A stretch of 64,000 bases of DNA from Lama glama (Eukaryota). Each line of letters begins with the position of its first letter. Positions within the stretch are counted from its first letter, which is position 1. Positions 1 through 13,500 of this stretch are shown here, piece by piece. The position numbers were made by a program, and so were the translations under genes. The notes under the pieces are model-generated. The model saw only the letters and a list, made by a program, of their open reading frames with translations, did not search any database and had not been told where the DNA came from. The stretch covers positions 8,000,001 through 8,064,000 of the forward strand of contig CM052817.1 of the NCBI GenBank assembly GCA_028534125.1, given 5' to 3'.

Positions 1-199
1 GTCTGGTAACTCTAGATTAAAGTGTTGAATGGGATTTGGGGAGAGTTATTTGCACTAAAATCTGGTGTCTTGCCCTAAATAAAAACCTGCTCTCTGCTGC
101 GAGAATTTCTAGAGGCAGAGAGTAGGTGAGAGACAGTGCTCTGGATATGTGAGAGGCAGCTCTGGGATCCCAGGGTGAGCTCAGAAATGTAAGGAGTAT

Positions 200-425
200 T
201 GTGGCCCCAAGGCTTTGGAGCCAGAGAGGGTGTGTATCCTGGCTCTACCCACTTGCCCTCTGATCATATTTACAGGCAATTTGTAAGCCTCAGTTTTCTT
301 GCTTGTAAATAAGAGGAAGCAGGTTTACCCAACTCAACCTAACCTAACCTTCCTCACCGGTTAGTTGTGAGCGTTAGGAAGCAAATTTTTGTTTAGACCT
401 TGCATCTAATAGGTACTCAATCGAT
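200..425 (+). mobile_element. MIR SINE relic
   Basis: ggctttggagccaga...gcctcagttttcttgcttgtaaat...taataggtactcaat matches the MIR core pattern. Confidence 0.65.
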
Positions 426-1189
426 AGTTTTAAAAAATTTGGGTCCCTGAATTGTATAATTTAATCTAATTAGAAAGAGAAGACTAACACACAAGAGAGA
501 TATGAATCAGGGCCTGAGACTAAACAATGTGGTGCTCACCAGAGGAGCTGCAAGGGTTTGGAGAAGAGTTATTGGAGGACGTGGCAACAGCCTGAGCCTC
601 AAAGGATGAGAATGTGTAAAGCCAGAAAATGGGAGGGGCACTAGCCTGGGCTGCAGAGAACAGCATATTGATTCAGAGGACCATTTGGGGAAGTCAGTTA
701 TTATTTTCTTTAATGCCTTCTTCAACACAGAAAGGATTTGAAAAAAAAAGTCAGCACCAAGAAGATTTCATTTTTTCAACAGGACACCAAGATCAAGAAT
801 GGGAAATGGAATCCAACTATTTAGTTCATGGAGGCTACATCCCCGCTGTCTGGGGGCTATAGATTTTTTTACCCTGAGCATCCTGGCAATCTGAGGAGAA
901 AGGAAAGCAGAGGTAGTCTCTAATTCCTTCTGTCAGAAGGAAGGAACACATACTGCTCTTGAGGAGATGGGATTCTTTCTCCCACTGTCGGGCTGGGAAG
1001 GAAATCGTTCAGTGCAGTTACTGCCAACAGCGCTTTATGTCTTGAGCCAGAGTCTTTCTATGTAACGAGGTCTACAAGGCTACTTAGAGAGTCCCTCCAT
1101 GAAAGATGGAAGTGTCACTCAAAACCCAGCAGGACAGAGAGGACAGGGTGGCACGGCCTCCACACATCTTCCTGGTGCTTGGGTTTGAG

Positions 1190-1560
1190 TCGGGCCGGGG
1201 CGGGGCTGCCCTGCCCTCCTCCCGGTCCACGAGCACACGCTGGCCCCCGGTGCTGAGCTTTCCGTGGCTTCCCACTGCCCTTCCGAGAAAGCCCAGCCTC
1301 CTCCCCGTGGCCCGCAGAGACCAGCACCAGCTGGCTCTCGTCCTCGCCCGGCGCCGCCTCCCACCCACGCGCCGCCACGACGCTGCGGCCACGCCGGCCC
1401 TCGGGAACGGGCCGGACTCTCTCCCCGCGCCACCCCTCGGCGCTTGCTCACTCTGCCCGGAGGGCTCTACCCGCAGCTTCTCGCTTGGGGCTGCCTCCTT
1501 GTGTTTCGGGTCTCAACCGACAGTCCCTTCCTCCCGTGGCTCTGCCCTACCCGCCCCTCT
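1190..1560. promoter_or_regulatory. Short CpG/GC-rich island-like segment
   Basis: Dense CpGs relative to the CpG-depleted background, plus a GC box (ggggcgggg at ~1197-1205). No convincing ORF. Confidence 0.5.
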
Positions 1561-3499
1561 AAATTAAGCCTCTCTCGTCATCCTCCAGCTCATCCGATCA
1601 CCATCTGTCCCTGACTCCCTCCTGCCTTTTCTGGGGTATTGGTGTCTCCCCACTAGAACGAAAGAGGAGAAAAGCAGGATTTAGCCTGCTTGTCTTCCAT
1701 CGTGCCCCCAGGGCCCAACATAGCATCGGCCACGTGGTAGGTGCTCAACACATATTTCTTTAACAAATGAGGGAAAAAAACTTTTTTTAGTGAGAGCCTG
1801 GAAAGTAGGCTTTTCTGCATTAAATCCTTGCTTAAAAGAGCCAGCCGTCCACGGCGATATCCTTCCGCAGAAATCAAGGCGCCCAAAGCATCCTTCACTC
1901 CGAGAAGGCCAGCCCCACTCAGCGCACCAATGCTCGCACCTCCGCAGACAAGGTCAGGTTTCTCTCTCAGGAACTGGCTCTGGGTGGAGCCAGCTTTGCT
2001 CTTTGCAGCCCTCCTTGGCAGGAGTGAGGTGGCGCGGAAGGGTGATGAAATTCTTTCCTTCTATTCCTTTCAATCCAGTCCCCAAGGAACAGTTCCCCCA
2101 GTGGGATGAGAACATACCTCCAACCCAAAGGCACCAAAGAGCGCTGCGTGGTGTAACAAATAAAAGAGAGACACTGTCTGGATGTGAACGGAAAACATCT
2201 CCCACTTGGCGGTGGTCTGGTACCAGGGGCCACTGGCATCAGCAGGCAGCTAAGGGCAGCAGCCTCTCTTGCAGTGAGGCCCGCACACTGCCCCCCGCGG
2301 AGACGAGCAGTCACCAGGGCGAGGCCACCCACCGCCGCCCGCAGCCCAGACAGAACTGAAGGCTTATTATCACAGCCCAGCCCTCTCTGTTCCCGTTGGT
2401 TTCCTCCTTCTTTCCCACACTCTTAGACGGCTCCAAACTAGCCACCTGGTGCCCACACCCAAATTCCTACCCTCCAGTCTGTCCTGCTCTACAGCCACAT
2501 GGCGCTAGGGACGCAACCCAGAAATTTCTCCAGCTGGAGGCCAAGGTGGTCAGAGGCCTCATTCCTGCTCAGCCACTCTCAGGCTGTGGGACCTTGGGCA
2601 AGACTCTCCCTAGCCTTGGTTTAGGCGTCTGCAAAATAAGCAAACTGTTCCCAGTCGTGTACCACCCTCATGATTTTTACCATTTCTTCGTATTTAAAAT
2701 ATGATTATCTAACGTTTGCCTTTATACTTACTCACTCGTTAAGCAGTGATATCGTGGGTACTCTCTTTCTAATGTATATCTTTCTAATGTACATTCAAAA
2801 ATACATAACTATTAAAAAATTCATCCATCTGCCACCAAAAGCCATCTTATATTCCATCAGTCCAACATATGCACACTTTGGGACATGCTGGATTAATTAA
2901 CTGATCTCTGAGATAAGTTCCTGCAGCGTATGATTCTAAGTATAATTCTAGAACACAGAAAAACTACTTTTGATTCCTGAGGGTACAGACATTGTGGCTG
3001 GCATTTCAACACATCCATGGTGATGAATCCTCTGCTTGGTATCCATGGAATTCCAAATCCACTGCTGATGGTAACAAGCCCCAAGAGTGAAGGTCCTATT
3101 CTTAGCATAACTAGATTTTGTAGATGTTTAAGTCTATTGTGTACCATGTCTGATGGTAGATACTTGCAGAACAGAAATAGTGGGAGACGTAGGTCTGCTC
3201 TCATTAGGCCTAGCAGGAGACAGCCATGTGAATGAAAAGTTCCATTGCAGTGTGTTAAGACCGAGCTGCAAACTCCTTGAGAGAGAAGACTGAATACCAC
3301 TCACCTGTGAGCCCTGGCACCGCGCACTGCACCCAGCACACGGTGGAGATATTATTGGCTTCTCTGCTGACGTTCTGTAGTGGGGATCCTTACAAAATAC
3401 TCCAGGGGAATGGTGAAGACAGAGATGCATTCTGCACTGGGAGCATCACTGAAGGCTCTGCTAAGCAGATTTGTGAAGGAAGAGATATTCTCTGGTTAG

Positions 3500-5125
3500 G
3501 AAATTCCTCCAGGCAGACAAAGTAGCCGAAGCAAAGACCTAGAGGAGAGACACAGGAGGAAGTAGGGACCTTTGAGTCACTAAAAAGAGCAGGACAGTGG
3601 TTCTGTGCAGGGGAGTGATGAGGGCTGAAGGTATCCAGGTAAGCTGGTCACATGGGAGGCAAGCAGGTGACCTATGGGGATTGCAGTTCAACTGTGAGCA
3701 GTAATAAGGAGTGTTCAGATGGAGAGAAGAAGGCAATTGACTAGGGACCTCAGGCCCCAAGAGACAACATGGCAGTGAGGTCCCTGGGTTTTCAGGTATT
3801 CCAGACTGGCTGCAGAGAGGCTAAGAACCCCAGACTCCAGGAGGTGCAGATGAAGAGCTAGCCAAAGGGCCAAATAAGGTGCAGCCTAGCAAAACAGGAG
3901 ACTTAGATGCTGACTGCTGTACTCCGGCCAGACAGAAGAACCTACAGCCTCACTCCTACCGTCACCAGCACGGTCAAGTAGGGAGCCTAGATTTCCACAC
4001 TTATCAGTCTGTCACGAGACTCTCACCCCCTCCACCAGGATAGTATCAGAGAAGGTAAATTGGAGAAAAGGGATATTCATCTCTGCTGGGCAGTAATGAG
4101 CTCCAAGAGCCTGAAGTTCCACCCCTACCTGCCAATAAAGAGGCACCGCTCCCCAGCTCTGCTGCTTGGAGTCAAATGGGCCTTGGTAGAGAGCCAGGAC
4201 TTCCACCACTGCCCACTTATAACCAGGCCCCTCTGCAGGGTCCGTGCAAGTCCCCTGCCCCTTTCAGCCAGGACGGTATTAGTGGGTGCCAAGTGGAGAA
4301 CCCAGACTTCCACCTCCACCTGGGAGTCATGGGGCAGTGCCCTCCTCTTCCACCAGAGCAGTGTCAGAGGAGGCTGATGGCAACTGAGATCCAGATGCTC
4401 ATCACGTAATTCCCTGGTTGTCTGGGTTTCCATCAAAAAGTCACTCATTATCCCAAGAACCAGGAAAATCTCAGCTTAAGTGAGAAAGACAATCACCACA
4501 CCTGGGGACACAGATAATAGAATTATGTGCCCAAGAGTTTCATGCAGCCATGATAAGAATGCTTTAATGAGCAATTACAGTCTTGAAACAAATGACAAAG
4601 TGAAGAATCTCAGCAAAGAAGTAAGAATCAAGTGGAAATTTTAGAGCTGAAAAATACAATAGCAAAAACAAACAGGAAGGAAAATTGAAAATCAGTGGTC
4701 TAGTCCAGGGGTCAGCAACTACAGCCTATAAGCCAAATCCAGTCTGCCGTCTGTTTTCGCTCATGGTTTTGCTGGAATATGGCTTCTTTGACTGCATCCT
4801 GCCTATGACTGTTTTGTGCTACGGTGGCAGTGCTGACTACCTGCAACCAAGAGTGTGTGGCCTCCAAAATCCTCAAGTTTTTACCATCCAGCCCTTTACA
4901 GACAATGTCCGCCAACTCCTCATCTAAGCTACCACCTCTGGACGCTAAAAAAAAGAAAAATGAATGAAACCCAAATAAATAACAAACATAATAATAAAGG
5001 GTGATGATGGAAATTTCAAGAGTGAGGGACATATTCTGTATCTTGACTTGGGCGATGGTTTCACGGATTTCACATTTTTTAAAACTTATCAGGTGATCCT
5101 CTTCAGATCTGTGCATTTTTGCTGT
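3500..5125 (+). mobile_element. Ancient L1 (L1M-type) fragments, interrupted by a MER58-like MITE
   Basis: A-rich ORF1-start-like sequence at 4430-4690 (aagaatcaagtggaaattttagagctgaaaaatacaata) and an L1M 3'-like tail at 5000-5125. The upstream boundary is uncertain. Confidence 0.5.
4706..4921 (+). mobile_element. MER58-like hAT-Charlie MITE
   Basis: Starts caggggtcagcaactacagcc and ends ccctttacagacaatgtccgccaactcctc. Flanks gtctagtc/atctaagc resemble an hAT 8-bp target site. Confidence 0.7.
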
Positions 5126-5149
5126 ATGTAAGACAGGCCTCCACAAATT

Positions 5150-5810
5150 ACATGGGTCAGCGCATGTCACTCTACGGCTCACAATCTTCCAATGGTTCTT
5201 CTTTTTATTCAGAGTAAAAGTCAAAGACCTTTCAGTGGTCTCAGAGTTCCTGCATGATCCGTCCCCGACATGCTGCACGCCTATTCTGTTATTCTCTGAA
5301 TCCATCTCTCCCTTCTCCAGCTTTCACTTCTCACCAACTACATTGGCCTCTTTGGTTGCTTGAAGATTCTAGACACTCTGTGACATCAGAGCCTTTGCGC
5401 TGGCTGTTCCCTCTGCCTGGAATGCTCCTGCCCCAGATACTCCGGTCATCACCTCCCTCACTTTTTTTCGGTCTTTGCTCAGCTATCAGCTTCTCAGTAT
5501 GTCCTACCCTGATGGCTGTACTTAAAATTGTAACCCACTCCCTGCACTCCACCTGGGGGAGCCCTGATCCCCTTAACCTGCCCTACATCTTTCTTTTTCC
5601 ACAGTACCACCTTTACCACTATAAAAGTTGCTCATGTATTATATCTATTGTCTGTCTTCTCTCACTGGACCAGAACACACTAGAACGAAAACACAAAGGA
5701 GGTAAGAATCTTTGTGCTTTACCCACTGATAATGACACAACCACTTAGAATAGTAAGTGACATATCATGGAGAGTCATGGAAAAAATGTGTTAAATATGT
5801 AAGTGAACAG
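5150..5810 (+). mobile_element. L2 LINE 3' portion
   Basis: Contains the hallmark gcctttgcgctggctgttccctctgcctggaatgctc within pyrimidine-rich L2 3' sequence. Confidence 0.75.
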
Positions 5811-6959
5811 TAGACAAAGCTTGTGAAGACAATTCAAGTGAAGAAAGTATATACATAACCTTTACGTGAATACGGCGAAGCAAAAAGTGTCAATCCTTCA
5901 CTCTTGGCACTTACTCCTTGTTCCCTGTCCCTTCCCCTCTTGACCTGGCACTTACAGAGCCCACATTCTGAAACTCTACATTCTCTGACTCAAAAAAAAA
6001 AATCTCTAACTCTGTGAGTGGCAAGCACTTTTGCCACCGAGCACCCCAGAGGACTTACGGCATCTTCGAAATGGGAGAGTGATTGCCTCCTCCCACCAAA
6101 ACCGTGGAGTCGCGGTATATTTTAACACTGACGTGGCCTCCACTCTCACCGAACTTTGATCTCAGTAGTTCTATTTGTGCGTACAAATACTGTATCATTA
6201 ATTCCAGAGCCTTTTTAAAAAGTAGCCAAAATGTGAGAAGTGATTATGGACATGTGGAATCCATTTCTACACTCCTTCAATCATGTTGCAGAATAAGAAC
6301 CAAGCATCTCAGGTCTTACTGCGTTGTGCCCTTAAGTGCCCAGAACCTTTCCCTGTACCTTACAGAATAAAAGGAACAGCCTTTACCCTAACCAGGGCAG
6401 TTGCTGTTTCTAAGTCTAGAGAGCATGTTACAGAAGGTAGATCTAAGAGAAGCTAATGAGCTTGGCAGGAAGGAACAATTAACCAAGTTGACCAGTCAGG
6501 ATGCTTTTACATTCTATCAATTCTAATCATGATTTGAACTCCTATCTGGGCTCAGTGTAAAAATTAATGCCTGTTGGTTTTGCATTTCTCAACTGAGACC
6601 AAAGCTCAGTCAGTATTTTCACATGGGAGCAGCAAGAGTTAACTGTGACGACCACACTTTATGTGTCTGTCCAGGTCCAGTCACAGGGACCTTCTGTCTC
6701 TGGGATTTCTCTCCTCACCCAGCTGCCCCTGGACATCATGCCTGCCGTTTTTATCTCTGGCCATGGCCGCCTGTATCAAAGTGGATGCTTGACCCAGGAT
6801 CCTTGAGCCTGGGCAGACTGGATAAGTGATCCTTTTCTGAGTCCTGCTGTGGGGCTACAGCACTGTAAATAGCTTCCTATACTAATCTAGAATGCTGCCC
6901 TGTTCACCAAGGTATGGAACATGGCATTAGAAACTGCATATGAATGGCCTTTACATCTG

Positions 6960-7571
6960 AGGAAATCAAAAAGATACGTGCACACCAATGCTCATAGCAC
7001 TATTTACAATAGCCAAGATGTGGAAGCAACCTAAGTGTTCATCAACAGATGAATGGATAAAAAAGATGTGGGGTATATATTCTGAAATATTATTCAGCTA
7101 TAAAAAAGAATGACATAATGGCATTTGCAGCAACATGGATGGACCAAGAGATTATCATACTAAATGAAGTCCAACAGAGAGACAAATATATGATACCACT
7201 TACATGTGGAATCCAAAAAAATGATACAAATGAACCTATTTACAAAAAAGAAACAGACTCACAGACCTAGAAAACAAACTTATGGTTACTGGGGAGAAGG
7301 GGATGGGATAGGGATAAATTAGGAGTTTAGGATTAGCAGATATACACTACTGTATATAAAATAGATAAACAACAAGGTCCTACTACACAGCACAGGGAAC
7401 TATACTCAATATCCTGTAATAAATTATAATGGAAAAGAATCTGAAAAAGAACATACATATATGTATGTGTGTATGTATAACTGAATCACTATGCTATACA
7501 CCAGGAATTAACACAATATTGTAAATCAACTGTACCTCAATAAAAAATAAAATAAAATAAAATAAAATAAA
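6960..7571 (+). mobile_element. 5'-truncated L1 (ORF2 end plus 3'UTR) with (TAAAA)n tail
   Basis: tatttacaatagccaagatgtggaagcaacctaagtgttcatcaacagatgaatggataaa..., ending in aataaaaaataaaataaaataaaataaaataa. Confidence 0.9.
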
Positions 7572-8489
7572 GAAATGACTCTCCCAAGATATGGCTAAGC
7601 AGGGGCACTGACAGGATGAACACCGGGTCTGCCCAAATACAAAACCCACCCTCTCCCCACCACATCACATCCTCTCTGCTACAAAAGGCTCCTTGGCAAA
7701 AAGAGACAATTCCTCTCAGATCCCAAATGGCTGCTGAGTAAAATCTGAGGCAGACACACTTTCGAGGGCACCACCCAGAAGCTGTTCGGACGAAGCTCAA
7801 AGGAGCGTGAGGATCACACCCAGAGTGCCAGAGGAGGGATTCTCCTGGACTGAACAACAGCACATCTTCAAAGCCAAGACATCACATGTGATACTGTGAG
7901 GATGCCTCTTCTCAACAGCATCCTCTGATCATCGTCAGTAACCCACCCACAGTTCCTGGGTCCGTACTGATGGGAAAATGGCTGTTGCTCTGTTCCCTAA
8001 TCTCTAGTCAGACCAAATATCTGGCTTGTGTCTCTTTTACTGGACAGCTGCAAAAGGCACCACCATTTCTCTGGCGTTCAGACAGCTGAGCAAAGCCCGA
8101 GCCCGACTGTCACCTGTATGTGGAGGGAACCAGCTTCCGCTGACTTAGATCATCCAGAACGTGACTTGGTGGCTCCCAGGCCTGAGGCTGGAGAGTCTCT
8201 GTGAGCAACAAAGAGTCCCTTTGTAGACACGATTCCAGCAGAAACAAGCATCTTTTGACAAACCTCTCAAAGACGATAGTAGCGCTCAACGGGAAAACTC
8301 AGGAGGGAGCTTCATTTTAAATGTATGCTCCATAAAGTGGAAGCCACAAGCCCAGGGGATGCATGCTTTGGGAGAATTACCCGAGTTCCTATCTTGCTGC
8401 TTCAGAAGAGCCCTCTGACTTCAGCACAAGTGGGTCAAGCTATGTTTCCTGCCTTGCATCAGGCTGCTCTGAGCCTAGCTGGGGTGGCA

Positions 8490-8700
8490 GGGTAGCTCAG
8501 AGGCAGAACACTGTCTTTGGGAACCAGAGTCCCGAGTTCAAGGCCAAGTGCCCCCTTCTAGCCATGTGACCAGCAAAGAGTGGCTCAGTTTACTTGTGTG
8601 AAATAAGCAGGAACATACTGCTCATGCAAAGTTGAATTTGATAAAAGAACACATAATGAAACACCTAGCAAGGTACCTGGCCGAAAGTGCCAGTTCGGTA
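8490..8700 (+). mobile_element. MIR relic
   Basis: Degenerate MIR head and core (gagttcaaggcc...ctagccatgtgacc...ctcagtttac...gtgaaat). Confidence 0.5.
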
Positions 8701-9129
8701 TGCTGTGCTGGTCTTCCTAGTTACGTGAGTACCTTGACCTTTGGAAGGAAAGTCATCGGCAGTGTGGATGAGGTGACACCAGGCGGTGCCCAGACAGTTG
8801 GTGGCCCTCAGTGGGGCATCCTTTGGGAATGCATCAGGTCCAGGATCTGGTTCTTAGTCTTTAAGGTTTAGAAACTGGTTCAGCACACTCAGAGGATCCG
8901 TCTCTTCCTGATGGGTGGCTATAAGAAGTCCATCCCTCTGCTGGGAACCCTTCCTAAATATCAAAGATTGATCATCAAAATCATCACATCATGATGAGCC
9001 AAATGAGAGCAAAGGTACTGAAGGGCTGAACCCAGACCTGGACCACCGTTCTCCAAGCATTACATTCTCATTTAAAGTTTGTGTTTTCTTTTAAATGACA
9101 GTCTAAAAAAAGCATGTAAGCATATTCTG

Positions 9130-9285
9130 CATCTGAACCACCATATGTAGCTACCAAAATTTTAAATTCAAACTAATAAAAACTAATTAAAAAATTCAGT
9201 TCTTCAGTCGCACCAGTTACATCCCAAGTGCTCATGGCTGCATATTGAACAGCACAGAAAGCCCCATTAGATGTCACTGTTTGAG
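9130..9285. mobile_element. MER3-like hAT-Charlie MITE
   Basis: aaaaattcagttcttcagtcgcaccagttacatcccaagtgctca resembles the MER3/MER33 family. Confidence 0.6.
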
Positions 9286-10219
9286 CTATTTCATCCATGA
9301 GTATTGCCATAAGATTTAAGACCTCCAATTATAATACATTCTTTATCACTGAATAAGAGCCAAGCAAAGATACTTTGATGAAGGCTGATGCTAAAGAGAA
9401 ACAAGAACTCAATTAGTGTGATACGTTCTCAGCGGTAGCAGCAGGAGTCCTAAACGTTGTCTATTCACAGGGAGGAGGACAGGTGGGTGACAGCGGGGAG
9501 AGGGGGTGGCTCTCGTGGTAGCTGCAGCCACGGGAGTCAGAGCTGCAAGGCTGTAATCTGTGGCTCAGAGTCCACAGTCACAGAGGAAAAACAGAATTGT
9601 CAGGCTCTGCCCGAGCCCCTGCCTCCGAATTCCTCTGGACCCATTCAGAAAGCCTCCACGGGGTGTCCCCTGTGTGCCTGTGAACACACAGACTGTAGTT
9701 TGGAAACGCAGTCTTCTGGGCTGTGAGACGCAGCCTCCCACTTCGTCTTCTCCTGTGGGGGCTGGTCAGGTGACAGCTCTGCCACTTCCTGCTCCAGAAG
9801 CAGGAGACCCAGGGCCTCCTTCCAGCCTGGGGAAGCTTAAGCCAAAGAAATATCTACCACTTACAGGCCTTTGGCTGAGTGAGTGGCACCTTTCTGGCAT
9901 CTCTGGGATGTGCGGCTTTGGCATCTTTTTACTGGTGCATCTTCCTCTTTTCAGGCGCTGGTCTGAGTCCCAGGCAGGAGGCAGGGCCAGAGACGAGCAC
10001 TCATCCCTCCATACCTCAAAGTTTTTGCGGAAAAAATGTGCATCTTCATTTTCTTTCTCATTGAGGTGCACTCCTTCAGGCTAAGTAGGGAGACTTTTTT
10101 TTAGAAAAAAGAAGAGTCTAAGATCCTCTATATGCAACTACTTTAAATCTATTTTTAAGAAGGAAAGAAAAGGTGTGCCCTGTGGCTATGTTCAGGCAGT
10201 GAGTGGACTCACCTGTTCC

Positions 10220-10500
10220 ACGACTGTCTCTTGGGTACCTTCTAGGTACCGAGCACAGTTCGGGCACTAAGGATATAGCAGTGAACCCAGCCGTCGAACA
10301 CGTCTGCCCTCCTGGAATTCAGTGGGGACAGACAAACGGTAAAAGCGAAACAAAGATATCTATAGTCTATCAGGTGGTGATGAGTGCCATGAAGAAAAGG
10401 GAAGCAGAGCAGGGAGACAGGGACGGCTCAGAAGACAGAGGTAAGTGCTGTTTGAAATGGTGTCCATTCGGGCAGGGCTCCACTGACAGCATAAAACCTA
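10220..10500 (-). mobile_element. L2 3' fragment
   Basis: Reverse-orientation L2 tail pattern (gggcactaaggatatagcagtgaac...ggtggtgatgagtgccatgaagaaaa). Confidence 0.55.
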
Positions 10501-13500
10501 AGCGCAGAGAAAGGGAACGGGGTAACCCAAGCCCAGTGGAGATGCTGACGTTCCTCCTTGTGGGGGTCAGCCCCCTCTCCTTCAAGTCTTTATGAATTAC
10601 TCTGTCTTCCAAGTACCACCAACCAAGTTTTGTTGAATCTTACCTCTAGAAATTTGCATTAACAAAACAATAGCCTGGGTTGTTTGGGAAATTTTTTTTT
10701 TAGCATCTCAAATGTAAAGTTATGTTCTAATAGTAAGTACGCTCTTTCAAATGAAACAGCCGTTGCCCAGAAATTCAAATAGACGCTCTGTTCCCCAAAC
10801 AGCTGCCTTATGGAAAGCAATACTGACAGCAGGCGGTGTTTTTCCAAAACCCACCTTCGGCTTTTGTCTTTTTGAAAAATCTGATTTTTCACATTCTCTC
10901 GTACTCAGAGGCATTTTTGCATATTATACCTTATTAGTAGCAGTCAGGAATCAGTCAGAAAAATACACTGCAGGTATTTCAAATGGGAAGGGAAATAGGA
11001 TCTAACAAAACCACTGGAGGAACTGAAGAAGAGAGAGTTAGGGGGCGCTCCCACCAGCTCTCAGATTCACCACTAGCTTTTAGAAGATCAAGAAGCTGGA
11101 GTCACAGAATGACCACTGATGACAACCACAAGCAGCAAAGAGGCAAGTAATTCGAGGGTAACACACTTAGGGGGCATCGCAAAGCCTCCCATTTGCCAAA
11201 ATCCACACATCTGCCCACCACTGCCAGAGGAGCACTAATGATGGTTTGGCCTCTGTTCACCTTGCAATTCGTACCTTCATGCCTGTGATCACTGGAGTAA
11301 TCTAACCTGGAACCTTGCAGCAGGGAATTCTGGGAACTGTCATTCCTAGGCTCCAGCCTCTGTGATTTGGGGGAGCATGAAATCTTCACCCTAGATGGGT
11401 GAGAATGGTGTCTACATCGGCAGCAGACTCTCCTGCATAGTCGACTCACTGTGATTTTCAACTGATAAGTGTAACTTGTGTCGTAGTGGTGTCCCTTCCC
11501 TGCTATCCCAGCTCAGGGCCAGCACTCCCAGAGGCTCGGCTTAGCATCTCAAGTAGAGTGATGGCGCTTAACCTCCTAGGTCTTCAAAGTCTTCCAGTTG
11601 TCCCAAAGGGAGACAGCAGAGAGAATTCTCCCAGTGGTAGAACTTAGCTCCCTGAGGGAGGGTTCAGCTGGTGGGCTGTTGACCCAGCACTGTTCCTGCT
11701 CAGACCAGAGAGGGGACCGGTGCTGGAACCCAAGCACCTGACATTCTGGTTCTCTCCCCTCTTTTCCCCTCCTCCTTGTAGCTCCATCACCCCATCCCAT
11801 CTCACTCGATGTCCCACACAGAAAGCCCTGGAGCTTAATACCCCCCTCCGTGGACCCTGATGGGCCATCAGAAAGAGGATCAATGGAGCATTAAAACAGA
11901 TCCCCTAATTAAGAGCAATGAAAGCTCAGTCCCTTCTCCTGGAGGACTCCATCTCCACAAAACATTGTCTAAATTGCCACTCTCCTCGGGAGCTGTTTTG
12001 TATCATTCCCAGGAAGATTACTCCCCTCTGTACAATGGCCGAAAATATCACTTCTTGGAATTCCAAAAAGGATGATAAAACAAGTTGAACATTCATGTAA
12101 TTGTCTAAAGGTTTTGAGCCCCTAGTTCATGCCCTACAATAGGGTTCCCAGGCTCTCAGACTGAGGTGAGCAGCAACTGTGCAGTCAAGATCCCTGGATG
12201 AGGACTGTCCTGAGTTCCGATCGGTAGAAATTGTGGCGCGCTTTCAGGCACAGTCAGGCCATGATAAAATCACATGGTATGCAAATTATATTTTACAGAG
12301 AACAGAACTGTTTTCATTTGTTCCAGGTAACTTGACAATGACCCTATGGGGAGACCGTGTAGTTGAACTAAACCCAAACACAATATGTCTCTTAAAAAGA
12401 AACTAAAATCATAAACACATTGACTTTGCAGAGTGAGTGCTCAAAGCACACTTGTGTGGATGAGGCAAAAATGCATTCCTGTATAAAAATCAAATGATCC
12501 GTCTTCTTGAGTTCTGTCAGGAGAGAGTTTAATGTGACCTAGTAGGAAGTCCATGATCCGGCCTTTGGCCCTAAGAATGCCTAAGGTTCTAAACCTTTTT
12601 GATCACACACCCTTTGAAAGTCTGGTGAATGGTGGCCTGAGTTTGCTCTAGTTTTATCTGCTCCGTGTGCTTTCCCATCTCCCTTCTTCTGGTGCCTCTG
12701 TGGGACTCCTCCCTTACTCCGTGTGGTTCTGTGAGATTGTCAGTGTCAGTGTGGGGGCACTGGCTGCAGACACGACCCAGGTGGACCAGCCAGGGTGGCT
12801 CAATGCCTCGCACCAGCGAATGCGAAGGTGTGTCTGAGTGAGCCATGCAGGGGACTGGGGGTCATTCTCTTACTACTCAGTAGTAAGAAGCCGGAAGGTG
12901 TGAGTGTAGAGTTGTTGGCGGCCTTTCTGTGCCCTGAGTACAAAGAGCCTTAAATCAGAACAAAGTGAGAGGCAGGCTGAGCTGAGAGGTGGAGAGAGCT
13001 AGAAGCAGAACCACCATGTTCAGCCATTCTGGAAGCTATTAGTGTCCTGGGTCTGAGCCCGTGGAAAATAAGCCAATAAATTACCTTTACGCTTAACGTT
13101 TCTCTCTTATCCAACCAAGAGAGTCCAGGATAAACAGATCTTCTCCCTAAAGAAAACACACATACCTACTCATGCATGAAATAATTCATACAATGTCAAA
13201 GGCTGAAGTCCTTCCAAGGACCCTCAATAAAGAAGCCCTGCTCGTCCAGTTTTCTAGATGGCCTTAGAATAGAGCTGATTTCACAGTCAAAACCATCTTC
13301 TTCCTCTACATCAGTGTTCTGTCACACACTAAATGTTAGACCTTGGAAAGGTAAATACCGCAAGCCATTACTAGTCAGAAACAACCATCAGGAAACGTCC
13401 GAGGGTAATAGCTAGGATTCAGAATGACCTGCGTAGACGTATTTGGACAGAGATGATGGACAAGTGACCTTTGGCTCAGGATTTGAGTTCAAGCAACTCA

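Noticed and set aside
1084..2430. Cluster of overlapping 80-190 aa ORFs
   Set aside because: They occur in several frames on both strands with low-complexity P/R/G/A content. This is expected from stop-poor GC-rich DNA, and no domain or exon structure is recognisable.
4712..5748. 197-aa and 164-aa ORFs
   Set aside because: They run across MER58, L1 and L2 relics and are chance open frames.
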